Positions 38,001 through 43,545 of a stretch of DNA of 64,000 nucleotides are shown here, one piece after another. The DNA comes from Elusimicrobiota bacterium (GTDB lineage: Bacteria; Elusimicrobiota; Elusimicrobia; UBA1565; UBA9628): the NCBI GenBank assembly GCA_003151975.1, contig PLZD01000067.1, forward strand, positions 1,143 through 65,142. Direction: 5' to 3'. The notes under the pieces were generated by a model, which saw only the letters and a program-made list of their open reading frames with translations, ran no database searches and was not told the origin of the DNA. How positions within the stretch are numbered: the first letter of the stretch is position 1; each line of letters opens with the position of its first letter. The position numbers were made by a program, and so were the translations under genes.

Positions 38001-38098
38001 CCGCTTTTACCGCCGCGCGCACCGTGCCGCTCACGCTTTCGACGGAAGGGGACCCTCTCGAGGCCCTGGCCGTGTCGCTTAGCCCCAAGAAAAAATGA
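29009..38098 (+). CDS. giant (3,029 aa) multi-pass membrane protein: fused BatD/DUF4381-like + BatA-like vWA + TPR + BatB-like vWA + about 1,100-aa unknown module + DUF58-like domain
   Basis: The frame is uninterrupted for 9,090 nt. An alternative start at 29030 gives MLRRFIATVVCAALIVAC, which is signal/lipobox-like. There are three DxSxS MIDAS-type motifs: DVSGS at 31022-31036, DNSLS at 32960-32974 and DLSRS at 37475-37489. It also has a BatA-type N-terminus (FGNPYALLLFLPLAGYLAW), TPR repeats, and a DUF58 signature (YAGEDLRDVDWKTTAR). The stop overlaps the moxR start. Confidence 0.85.
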   Translation: MQCNNGSMLRRFIATVVCAALIVACPGIESYHAIAGELGEINVGARRAPALPALPTAILPGIANITQLSQTPGNLATVTEVATVHSAIATPGAAAANTSSISNASAVAQPETAEVENAGKLITPEVLAGLNATTKGVSEAVEALAKPDLSAEGAHAVGVRLEGAVSPAVSAEEISPAASGFSNFSGNVHAKQKRGLVQSVGFFAKAKGFVRTISVAAVLTIATLGGPVLAQTVPQGPAPAGQQQQVPAPAQPGAPVLGAPQDTVQAEEPAPKQIGPISATIAIQGQNMTVGDRFHIALTLTNSSDKPVTIANLRNSLNDALPTDVELQMNSGSDAVTLKPGETQTVVFETIAFASGDIAMGGPLIFNAQLNGQAAEMQAILADGAITVKSVLTPDWKKIGFKDIYSVLRQDVPLWAWLAAIPLLLSLLVAGERVLAAQRRGAKVLSVGQPLLVSTRARMKALEGALEQNDAAFYAEYYSILSTFLIDSHGLSVKERDAKTLISDLKKAKKLSSGQLKVASDLAFSAEAARFGGRATTAEQRSADLAALSSLVDNIAGASKTQKTEGLHSLGGPMTGLQFGNPYALLLFLPLAGYLAWKFIGRKQASAQAAYPLSTLSSVSPRKSFRQRFGWLTKGLRAAAVSLILLGIADPQLGVRRQETITPSTDTELIIDVSGSMDEAFNGSGSPSKLVAAEEAMKAYINEQRRGTQNRVGLVTFSDESYVDIHLTQDYDALIAHLKELHTISSTAIGKGILTATGQFLEANAYELTSQDDPRIIEVQRLIRTEGLGAALEYAKPYPDLMDKIVRPDRKKVIVLFTDGESNTGLEPIPASEIAAKLGVRIYTVGIAPKGGTGVGYDENTLVTVAKNTGAQFFRADDADRMREILLEINRLEKSPTKIVSAVSVQSYQQWFIMLALLALGLELGLANTRLRVLSGFLMFTLPFGSVVNFNPAQQPAAIVQTVDAQAPAAESALPTTGVPAEVAAANLLFNSGRYDEALKAYAKALEKYPDMAELYYNMGNAYLKLGDVDRAKISYGKFLSLKPDAKLASKAIYNMGNAALSAKDVEGAVDNYKEALRRDPNNDRAKWNLEVIKALQKEQQQQQSQQQQKQQQKEGKQKQNGKQKQKGDQKGDQKGDQKGDQKGDQKGDQKGDQQGKPGDQKGDAQAKPGDKEKSGADQLTDKLGDQEKKEGEAARKAIPRKGDKVWGLLGLPLAAGGSTALAFGSAWMLWALAFGLPVVAGLIAYGIHKKIQAAKQLTPGTAPAGFASWWGRNAFLRKSALMITAAALLGLSAANPKSGYKDERLNFGGKDIEVVLDNSLSMLYAEDGRADRTRKELTDFITHMQGTDRIGLVVFAGSARTAAPISMDYGNFEYKLQRLEVESRGLKSGSDLAAAVQFAAKSFEDVKQLEGRQRIVIIISDGDIFNEELEGAVKSAQEHHITVYTIGVGTPAGSKIKVPTEDGKGTEYVIDEKTGQPAVTTLVEEPLRQIASRTGGAYFRAGSDSSMNRILEQISTLQKGEKGDTIKSPRGVASWFLWPTMLLLLLEMLLPSKSVLKDDRKEKARGVAVLGLASLPLSGYALMLPFAVLTTVAVGLLAADYWSGGAIRRKIAWELERRRKLVENGVLTDAAGLFDLRETDAPKLSAFLKSWSEADEAGKKILSNEAVLDEQLWRQKLAAAFVYGSAPETQEALLTMMARTAQKRLEPMAPVAEQLLARRGRLPWLDHVDAARRLARLAQAFLDNSKPENHAALVSLLSHPDAEVQQAARQALGSEVPAPALKRGFFFNWRKWLSVALSTLMLASSMTWAGFSGYKTTQFFEESAKARDFSMRTFYREDMFVFSDHYADDRITTDVLPALKAWQENPQSAGAGLERALTVLSQSPDPKADNVLEVILKHGDILPLTPKAEYMLLHTLVIRDNDDVWRFMEDHLQKSARNPRAVILMEKMIAIGAAEGNEKVFQNIFHFLKSPSEQIQQVATAAIAASLSAPDKVAKIFDRLTDVQSRYAQDPEMNLWVENFVLQRLATAEAKDIDSAKARGLIDKILDAGSPWAAMRAQALAAQAAQQAQQQPQAGAAPGAAPQAQQQAQIPPPFILIVFGQMNDAEQAFVSNGQAVPGPLADMVKYAVNRTMTQLIKEGEAKFGDLHKRLIEAGVVLPDTENSYGGGYDDDYEGRGWGGYRGGRGGSYSSTSQNYRELYKLQHIRDFAKQLSEAAQTSAAADSASVKPETLEYLDRAAQALKIMEPLGQASGMLDGGSVGEKAADEVNKVLDATASKLTGSGFLNALRAKNVAPSNGVDSGAARFLETYTFENIEAIKAVIREIAASGKGWDYQGNQRTLLLSEKQALAAALDELTAAEAKVYPDKAKPAAASDFWKTLETPGEESLALARLSVGAAAHAADAEFQLRALNYLTAHADKNSNPDELSEIIAQLAKAVEKTDKAPEVLSILARVVDGRADSDPLTAAIRKEYQRQASVTIADAVSGFGNLSQKLIDLKVRPSSYSDKPYKLIDLKVFLKAVEDEAAAVAGPNMSEDAKKAAARARLMVPKIIELGTKVGITPGDSPADLVAGPVNDILHQGWQLFDGSTFLEAMRRQGLEPAGSSTDIYTGYYQAYSKDSLEKILKWLKNVKALGDGWKSQDMSTKPLSDKEKEYLDKAIKGIQDQIDNYPKAGPAATEKKVFHGMALVGLGTLGTAISWIGTGLLIAAAAVVIYYVVRAALKKTKAASLTPVFNAAAERTAPGLDGRFKKIEITAKRVANSVAGGNFRSVFIGAGGTDFAESKPYAGEDLRDVDWKTTARQGELYAKKYELEKDMPLMLLIDLSRSAQFGTRGESKRGVIEDASSVLALAAANTNLRVGAIIFSDKVEAYIPPQSGVNHAREIVRRVLAFDPKGQATDLKPALGLALKELRSRSMIAVVSDFIAPDFKNSLMALSARHDLRLIRVSDPAETAPLPKVGLVLVRDAETGEVRYVDTSDTRFRTEHAALLAKQEAARQAAFTAARTVPLTLSTEGDPLEALAVSLSPKKK
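29790..30700 (+). other. BatD/DUF4381-like module of the giant ORF
   Basis: A beta-rich segment (ISATIAIQGQNMTVGDRFHIALTLTNSSDKPVTI...) is followed by a TM (VPLWAWLAAIPLLLSLLVAG, 30241-30300). A helical segment with FYAEYYSILSTFLIDSHGLSVKERDAKTL...AARFGG comes after it. The assignment relies on my memory of the family pattern and is not HMM-verified. Confidence 0.5.
30730..31815 (+). other. BatA-like vWA module (TM-TM-vWA-TM)
   Basis: The module has FGNPYALLLFLPLAGYLAWKF, then LRAAAVSLILLGIADPQLG, then the MIDAS motif DVSGSMDE, then VIVLFTDGESN, and ends in the TM QQWFIMLALLALGLELGLA. Confidence 0.8.
31955..32290 (+). other. TPR repeats (BatC-like)
   Basis: Three to four 34-residue repeats are present (AANLLFNSGRYDEALKAYAKALEKYPDMAELYYNMGNAYLKLGDVDRAKISYGKFLSLKPD...AVDNYKEALRRDPNN). 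They are followed by a Q/K-rich tail. Confidence 0.85.
32387..32470 (+). repeat. 12-nt in-frame tandem repeat x7 encoding (KGDQ)7
   Basis: The unit aaaggcgaccag and synonymous variants repeat seven times, then degenerate copies (QGKPGDQKGDAQAKPGDKEK) run to about 32530. The repeat is embedded in a Q/K-rich tract spanning 32290-32600. Confidence 0.9.
32620..33680 (+). other. BatB-like vWA module
   Basis: Two hydrophobic segments lead into ...SAANPKSGYKDERLNFGGKDIEVVLDNSLSMLYAEDGRADRTRKEL, then VIIISDGD, then a terminal TM (WFLWPTMLLLLLEMLL). Confidence 0.8.
35370..36125 (+). repeat. copy 1 of a diverged internal protein-level duplication in the giant ORF
   Basis: This copy aligns by eye with copy 2. 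The matching pairs are FGDLHKRLIEAGV / FGNLSQKLIDLKV, YKLQHIRDFAKQL / YKLIDLKVFLKAV and GSGFLNALRAKNVAPS / GSTFLEAMRRQGLEPA. Two more pairs are GKGWDYQGNQRTLLLSEKQALAAALDEL / GDGWKSQDMSTKPLSDKEKEYLDKAIKGI and YPDKAKPAA / YPKAGPAA. Confidence 0.65.
36395..37040 (+). repeat. copy 2 of the internal duplication
   Basis: See copy 1. This copy also contains a short direct repeat, KLIDLKV, twice (36484-36504 and 36538-36558). Confidence 0.65.
37250..38095 (+). other. DUF58-like (vWA-fold) C-terminal module
   Basis: The module reads FRSVFIGAGGTDFAESKPYAGEDLRDVDWKTTARQGELYAKKYELEKDMPLMLLIDLSRSAQFG...AVVSDF. It is preceded by a TM at 37056-37175. Confidence 0.8.
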
Positions 38099-39615
38099 AC
38101 CGAGGTAACGCCATGAAGACGACGCTCTCGCAAATGATGAAGACTGCGGCCTTGCTGGGCCTGTTCGCCCTGCTCTGTCCCCGCGCGGCGCACGCTGTTG
38201 ATTTCGCCGAGCGCTCCGCGGTGACGCCCGGCGTCCAGCTCAAGCTTGTGACGCTCGACCCGAAGATCGGCGCGCTCGGCAAGCCCGGCGACGGCATCAG
38301 CATCGACCCCCTCGCGGCCCAGCTTCACAATGTCCTGACCGCGGCCGGCCTCTTGACCGAGGCCCCCGGCCAGATCGCGATCCTCACGATCCCTCAGCCC
38401 TTGGCGACGATTTCCAACGGCCCTAAAGCCGCCAACGACGTCGGGACTCCGGCGGAGGCCTCGCAGGCGCGTCTTGCCGAGATCACTAAGACGGTTGTGG
38501 ATATGCCCGACATCTCGAAGGCCGAAGGCACGGATGCCTCCGGCGCTGGACGCACGCTCTCCGACGCCGTCACCGGAGAGAAGACGGTCCACGCCGGCGC
38601 CGTCGAGGCCGAGGCGACGCCGACGGCTCCCGCTAAGCCGCTCAAGCAGCAAATCACCGAGGGCAAAGCCGTCGTCGACGGCATCCGCTCCGAAGTCAGC
38701 AAGGTCATCGTCGGCCAGAATGAAATGATCAACTCGATCATCATGACGATGATCGCGCGCCAGCACGTTCTGCTCGAAGGTCTGCCCGGCGTCGGCAAAA
38801 CCGAAACCGCCAAGGCCTTCGCCGACGCGATCGACGGCTCGTTCCAGCGCGTGCAGGGCACTTCCGACAAGCTGCCCTCCGACATCCTCGGCACCGAGGT
38901 CCTTCAAGAGGACCCGGCCACCGGCAAGAAGTTCTGGGAGCTCTCTAAGGGCCCCATCTTCACGAACATCCTGCTCGCCGACGAAATCAACCGCATGCCG
39001 CCCAAGGCCCAGGCGTCCTTGCTCGAAGCCATGGCCGAAGGCCGCGTGACCATCGGCCGCCAGACGGTCGACCTGCAGCGCTTCACGGTGCTCGCCACGC
39101 AAAACCCCGTCGAGCAGGACGGCACCTACCGCCTGCCCGAGGCGCAGCTCGACCGCTTCATGTTCAAGGTGCTCGTGCCTCAGCCGAGCGCGTCGGATTT
39201 GAAGGTCATCATGGAGCGCAACCGGTCGAAGGAGAACCGCCCGAAAGCGTCCAAGGTCACGAACTTGGCGCAGTTGGACGACATCCGGCGCACCGCCGAG
39301 CAGATCCCGATGGACGCTCAGATCGAGGACTACATCATCAAGATCGTCATGGCCGCCAAGGAGCACGCCGATCTCAAGGATAGTGTGGAATACAGCGTCT
39401 ACACGCGCGCGGCGATCTTCATGGCGCAGGCCGCCCGCATCCACGCCTTGATGGAAGGGCGCGATTGGGTGAGCCCCGCGGATGTGCGCGCGGTAGCACC
39501 CCTCGTCATGCGGCACCGCATCGTGCTCAACTACCAGGCCGCCGGCACGACGTCCGACCAGGTCATCACGAAGATTCTCGACTTGGTCGCTCCGCCGAAG
39601 GTCGCGGCCAAGTAA
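38095..39615 (+). CDS. MoxR-family AAA+ ATPase with about 190-aa N-terminal extension
   Basis: 506 aa. The core starts at about 38668 with Walker A (GLPGVGKT, 38779-38802), Walker B (LLADEINR), [24 protein letters not shown], and a C-terminal lid. The N-terminus has the hydrophobic segment [21 protein letters not shown] followed by an A/P/T/E-rich stretch. It has an ATGA overlap with the giant ORF. Confidence 0.9.
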   Translation: MNRGNAMKTTLSQMMKTAALLGLFALLCPRAAHAVDFAERSAVTPGVQLKLVTLDPKIGALGKPGDGISIDPLAAQLHNVLTAAGLLTEAPGQIAILTIPQPLATISNGPKAANDVGTPAEASQARLAEITKTVVDMPDISKAEGTDASGAGRTLSDAVTGEKTVHAGAVEAEATPTAPAKPLKQQITEGKAVVDGIRSEVSKVIVGQNEMINSIIMTMIARQHVLLEGLPGVGKTETAKAFADAIDGSFQRVQGTSDKLPSDILGTEVLQEDPATGKKFWELSKGPIFTNILLADEINRMPPKAQASLLEAMAEGRVTIGRQTVDLQRFTVLATQNPVEQDGTYRLPEAQLDRFMFKVLVPQPSASDLKVIMERNRSKENRPKASKVTNLAQLDDIRRTAEQIPMDAQIEDYIIKIVMAAKEHADLKDSVEYSVYTRAAIFMAQAARIHALMEGRDWVSPADVRAVAPLVMRHRIVLNYQAAGTTSDQVITKILDLVAPPKVAAK

Positions 39616-39638
39616 GTTTCAGGCTGTCGCAATAAAAC

Positions 39639-39666
39639 GAGGCCCCCGAAAGGGGGCCTTTGTTTT
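39639..39666 (+). terminator. Rho-independent terminator downstream of moxR
   Basis: The stem GGCCCCC (39641-39647) pairs with GGGGGCC (39652-39658) around a GAAA tetraloop, and TTTGTTTT follows. Confidence 0.85.
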
Positions 39667-39722
39667 GCCGGCAGAGTTTTCTCATATACAACAGACCGGC
39701 TTGTTCGTATGATCTGTGCTGC

Positions 39723-41471
39723 ATGCGGGTTCTTTGCTCAGGCCTTCGTTTCCTTTGCGTCGGCGTCGTTCTCGCGTCTGCGTGCGGTTCCGGCGATCAA
39801 CTGCGCGCGGCGTCGCCCGCAGCCTGCGAACAGTCGTTGATCTCGTCGTGGCAGCAGTCTCTCCCCTCGGTGGGATTTGCGAGCGCCGCGTCGGCGGCCG
39901 CGTATGACGCCGAGATCGCGGCCCTTCTTGATCGTCCCTGGATGGGGCATCCGCTGTCCACGTATCCGGGAGGACGCTGGCCCGCCGTCTCGGTGGCGGT
40001 CGTCCAGCAAGGCAGGCTCGTCTTCGCCAAGAGCTATGGCTTTGCGAATATCTCGCAGCCTCAGCTGGCCCACCCCGATGACCTCTTCCGTCTGGCAAGC
40101 GACAGCAAGCAGATCACCGGCGCCGTGATCTTGAAGCTGATCGCCGACGGTCAATCGGTCGACGGCGATCCGGCGCATCGGCTGACTCTGCAGAGCAAGG
40201 TCTTCCAGATCCTGGCCAGTCCGCCCGGTGCCCTCGCGCCGCTCGCGGGGCCCGGGACGCTTCATGCGGACCTCGACGACATCACGGTCGAGGATCTCCT
40301 GCACCACGCAGGCGGATGGAACGGCGGCGTCGGCGATCCGGTAGACTACGCCGGCAAGCCGGGGGCCGTCCTTCCGCCGACCGACAAGGATGTGGTCCGG
40401 TACATGATGAACCAGCCGGTCCAGCACAGGCCGCATGGCAGCACTTACTGCTACTCGAATTTTGGCTACAACGTGCTGGCGACTTTGGTCGAGAAGATAA
40501 CAGGCCGATCCTATGAGAGCGTCGCAAAAGACCTCGTGCTGCGGCCCTTGGGCATCACGCGCATGAAAATCGGTGATTCGCTCAAATCCGGTGCCGGCGA
40601 GGTCACGTACTACGCGGCCGAGGGCGGTGGAAACTTGAGGTCGCTGTTTCCAGAGATGACCGGGCCCACGGTCTCCGGAGAGGACGCGCCCTACGGCAGT
40701 TGGTCTCTCTACGCGGGCCGGGGCGCGGGCGGCTGGATTGGTTCTGCGATGGACATGGTGCGTTTTCAGATCGGCGTGGATGGGACGGGCCCGGTCCAGC
40801 TTTTCTCCTCGCCGCAAGCGATGGTCTCGAGCGCCAATATCTCGCCTAACGCCTGCTACCCAAATTACAATCCGGCGACGCAGTGGTACAACGCCGGCTG
40901 GATCGTCGTCAAAAACGGCGTGTGGGGACATGACGGCGGCGCCACGGGCGCGGGAAGCAACACGACGAAGCTTCCCAACGGCGACGGCTACGCGGCCGTC
41001 ATCAATATGTCCGCAGCGCCCCCGAAGGGAGAAGTCTTCGATTGGGACGGGGCTCTCTCGAGAGCTTACCATCGCACGCTCGCCAACGGCGGCTCGTTTT
41101 TAAAAACCGACCTTTTCGATCAATTTGGAGAGTGGACCGCGTGGCGCGGCAAGGCCGGCATTTCATCGAACGCCGCTCATGATCTTGGCGCCGGCTGCGC
41201 GTACAAGGGGAAAAACTATTCCGCGTGCTATCCTTCGCGAATCGAGGGACGGCAGACCCGGGCGGGGGCAAGCTACCGGGCCGAGTTCGTGCCGCTGCAT
41301 GCCGGAGGCGAGGTTAAATACTCTTTGGGAGCCGCCTGCAATGACTTCGCGGCGATGGATAAGAAATATTTGAGCGGCGGTTATCACCGAGTCAACCTTC
41401 AATGGTTCGAGGACCCGGCGGGGCGCATGCGCTTTCAAAGCGTGTGGGTCAAGGCGGCCGACCGGCGTTGA
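39723..41471 (+). CDS. beta-lactamase-fold serine hydrolase (class C/PBP4*-like) with C-terminal extra domain
   Basis: ATG 39723 gives the signal-like N-terminus MRVLCSGLRFLCVGVVLASAC. The track start at 39660 lies inside the terminator. The SxxK nucleophile motif sits in FRLASDSKQITG, and YSNFGYNVL is present. About 180 extra C-terminal aa end in GGYHRVNLQWFEDPAGRMRFQSVWVKA. Confidence 0.8.
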   Translation: MRVLCSGLRFLCVGVVLASACGSGDQLRAASPAACEQSLISSWQQSLPSVGFASAASAAAYDAEIAALLDRPWMGHPLSTYPGGRWPAVSVAVVQQGRLVFAKSYGFANISQPQLAHPDDLFRLASDSKQITGAVILKLIADGQSVDGDPAHRLTLQSKVFQILASPPGALAPLAGPGTLHADLDDITVEDLLHHAGGWNGGVGDPVDYAGKPGAVLPPTDKDVVRYMMNQPVQHRPHGSTYCYSNFGYNVLATLVEKITGRSYESVAKDLVLRPLGITRMKIGDSLKSGAGEVTYYAAEGGGNLRSLFPEMTGPTVSGEDAPYGSWSLYAGRGAGGWIGSAMDMVRFQIGVDGTGPVQLFSSPQAMVSSANISPNACYPNYNPATQWYNAGWIVVKNGVWGHDGGATGAGSNTTKLPNGDGYAAVINMSAAPPKGEVFDWDGALSRAYHRTLANGGSFLKTDLFDQFGEWTAWRGKAGISSNAAHDLGAGCAYKGKNYSACYPSRIEGRQTRAGASYRAEFVPLHAGGEVKYSLGAACNDFAAMDKKYLSGGYHRVNLQWFEDPAGRMRFQSVWVKAADRR

Positions 41472-41486
41472 TGGGGTGAAGTTTGA

Positions 41487-42077
41487 TCAGGGCTTGGGCG
41501 CGCGGCCGCCCATCCACTTCAGCGCCGCGCCCGACGGTTTATGGCGGGAGAAAAGATCCAGCAGCTCCGACGGATCATTTGCTTCGTAGAAAAGCGAGCG
41601 ATGCTCGGCGCGGATCAGGCCCTGATCCACGGAATGATCGACGAACTTTAAGAAGTGATCGAAGTAGCCGTCGATGTTGAGCAGGCCGCAGGGTTTTTGA
41701 TGAATGCCGAGTTGCGCCCAGGTCACGATCTCGCAGAACTCGTCCATGGTCCCGAAGCCGCCGGGCAGAGCGATGAAGCCGTCGGAGAGCTTGGCCATCA
41801 TGGCTTTGCGCGCGTGCATCGAGCCCACGACCTTTAAATCGGAAAGATTCGCGTGAGCGACTTCGAGCTTAACCAATTGTTTCGTTATGACGCCGACGAC
41901 TTCGCCGCCCTCCGCGAGCACGGAATCTGCGATGGCGCCCATCAAGCCCACGCTCGCACCCCCGTAAACGAGGCCTAAACCGCGCCTAGCCATCAATTTA
42001 CCGAGGGTGACGGCCGCCGACCTAAACGAATCGCTTTTACCGGAATTTGAGCCGCAAAAGACGCAGATTCTTTTCAT
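41487..42077 (-). CDS. LOG family protein (nucleotide 5'-monophosphate nucleosidase / cytokinin riboside phosphoribohydrolase-like)
   Basis: 196 aa with MKRICVFCGSNSG, LVYGGASVGLMG and the LOG signature PGGFGTMDEF. Confidence 0.9.
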   Translation of the reverse strand: MKRICVFCGSNSGKSDSFRSAAVTLGKLMARRGLGLVYGGASVGLMGAIADSVLAEGGEVVGVITKQLVKLEVAHANLSDLKVVGSMHARKAMMAKLSDGFIALPGGFGTMDEFCEIVTWAQLGIHQKPCGLLNIDGYFDHFLKFVDHSVDQGLIRAEHRSLFYEANDPSELLDLFSRHKPSGAALKWMGGRAPKP

Positions 42078-43429
42078 CGCAAAGTGAGGTTCAGAGCCCA
42101 GACCATGAACAATACCAGCGGCACATGCACGACGAACTGCAGCGCCGTGTAGCCGACGATGTCGCGCGCCTTAAGGCCGAGAATCCCCAACAGCGGCAGC
42201 ATGAAGAAGGGATGGATCAAATTCGGCAAGGCTTCGGCCGCGTTGTAGATCTGCACGACCCAGCCCAGGTGCACCTGTAAAGTTTTAGCGGCCTCGAGCA
42301 GGTAGGGCGCCTCGATGAGCCACTTGCCGCCGCCCGACGGAATGAAAAGACCCAGCACCGCCGAATAAACGCCGACGAGCAGAGGATAGCTCTCGCGCGT
42401 GGACGCCGAGACGAACAAGTGCGCCAAGGACGAGGCCAGGCCTGACTCGGTCAGCATCTTGAGTATGCCCGCGTAGAGCGGATATTGGATCAAGATTCCC
42501 GCGGTTGCCGGGACCGAAGCACTGACCGCCTGCATATAAGATCTTGGGCGCCAATGCAGAAGCAATCCAATGATCCAGAAAACGAAGATGTAGTTGTTGA
42601 GCTCGAGCAGTTCGCTCAAGCCCTTGTCGCGCACGGTCGCGTATAGATATCCCGCGCCGCACAGTGAAAGAAAAACGCTCAATAGGGGCGAATGCTCGAG
42701 CCACTCGCCGGGCTTCGTGGGTTTCCCGGACTTGAAATGAACGGGCTCATACGCCAGGCCCATGTCCGACATCGACTTGGCGGCGCTGGCTGGCGGCGCG
42801 GAGGCCGCCGCGATCGTGACCGTGACCGTAATCAGCAATCCCGCGAGCAGCGCGCTCTGCCAAAGCCCCAAAGTCTGCGAGAGGGGGATGACGCCGCTGA
42901 CTTGCATCAAGCCGGGCGGTATCGAGCCGGGAGCCGCCATGATCAAGGCGGCCGATGACGACAAGCCCAGCGCCCAGGTCGAGCCCAATCCCATGTACGC
43001 GGCGGCCCCAAGAGCGCGGTAATCCGAACCTTTGACGCGATGCGCGACTTCCCGGGCCAAGAATCCCGAAAAGATCAGGCTGAAGCTCCACGAAAGCAAA
43101 GAAGTCAGCATCGAGAACAGCGCGACAAAGGCCACGGCCGAGCGCCCGTTCTTCGGAATGCCGGCCAACTTCTGAATCAAGGAATAAACGGCAGGCGAAG
43201 TCGCCACCGCGTAGCCGCAGACCAGCACCATCGCCATTTGCAGCGTGAACTTCATGAGATCCCAGAAGCCCGCGCCAAACCACTGCGCCGTCTGCAAAGG
43301 CGTCGCGCCCGCGCCGAGACAGGCGAAGAAAACCGCGAGCACGGCGCACAGCGCCAGCACGAACGAGTCGGGAAACCAGCGCTCGAACCAGTCGGACAGC
43401 TTGATGCCGGCGCGCGCCAGTCGATTCAT
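42074..43429 (-). CDS. atoE: AtoE-like short-chain fatty acid transporter
   Basis: 451 aa and polytopic. It is collinear with E. coli AtoE as I recall it (FERWFPDSFVLAL, GFWDLMKFTLQMAMVLVCGYA, LAREVAHRVKGSDY, IPSGGGKW). It has an ATGA overlap with the LOG gene. Confidence 0.85.
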   Translation of the reverse strand: MNRLARAGIKLSDWFERWFPDSFVLALCAVLAVFFACLGAGATPLQTAQWFGAGFWDLMKFTLQMAMVLVCGYAVATSPAVYSLIQKLAGIPKNGRSAVAFVALFSMLTSLLSWSFSLIFSGFLAREVAHRVKGSDYRALGAAAYMGLGSTWALGLSSSAALIMAAPGSIPPGLMQVSGVIPLSQTLGLWQSALLAGLLITVTVTIAAASAPPASAAKSMSDMGLAYEPVHFKSGKPTKPGEWLEHSPLLSVFLSLCGAGYLYATVRDKGLSELLELNNYIFVFWIIGLLLHWRPRSYMQAVSASVPATAGILIQYPLYAGILKMLTESGLASSLAHLFVSASTRESYPLLVGVYSAVLGLFIPSGGGKWLIEAPYLLEAAKTLQVHLGWVVQIYNAAEALPNLIHPFFMLPLLGILGLKARDIVGYTALQFVVHVPLVLFMVWALNLTLR

Positions 43430-43545
43430 GCGGGCTCATACTATCAAAAGGAGCGCTTAGGCCAATAGGGCCGATCTTGCCGGGACCAAAGATGAGCCGT
43501 CGTTGGGTCCATTGGCCCAAGCTGGCATGGCGTGAAACCCCTACA

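Noticed and set aside
29009-38098. Giant ORF as a mere artefact of stop-codon scarcity in GC-rich DNA
   Set aside because: The frame contains several independently recognisable domains in a biologically coherent set, three MIDAS motifs, and consistent hydrophobic segments. It also ends in an ATGA junction with the cognate ATPase. I cannot exclude a misassembly or small frameshift errors without reads, and I state this in the finding.
30935-39516. Series of long minus-strand ORFs (30935-32506, 34325-36307, 36461-37696, 37924-39516) inside the giant ORF/moxR region
   Set aside because: Their translations are Arg/Gly/Leu/Asp-rich low-complexity strings with no motifs. The + strand frame carries clear vWA, TPR, DUF58 and AAA+ signatures, so these are antisense artefacts of high GC.
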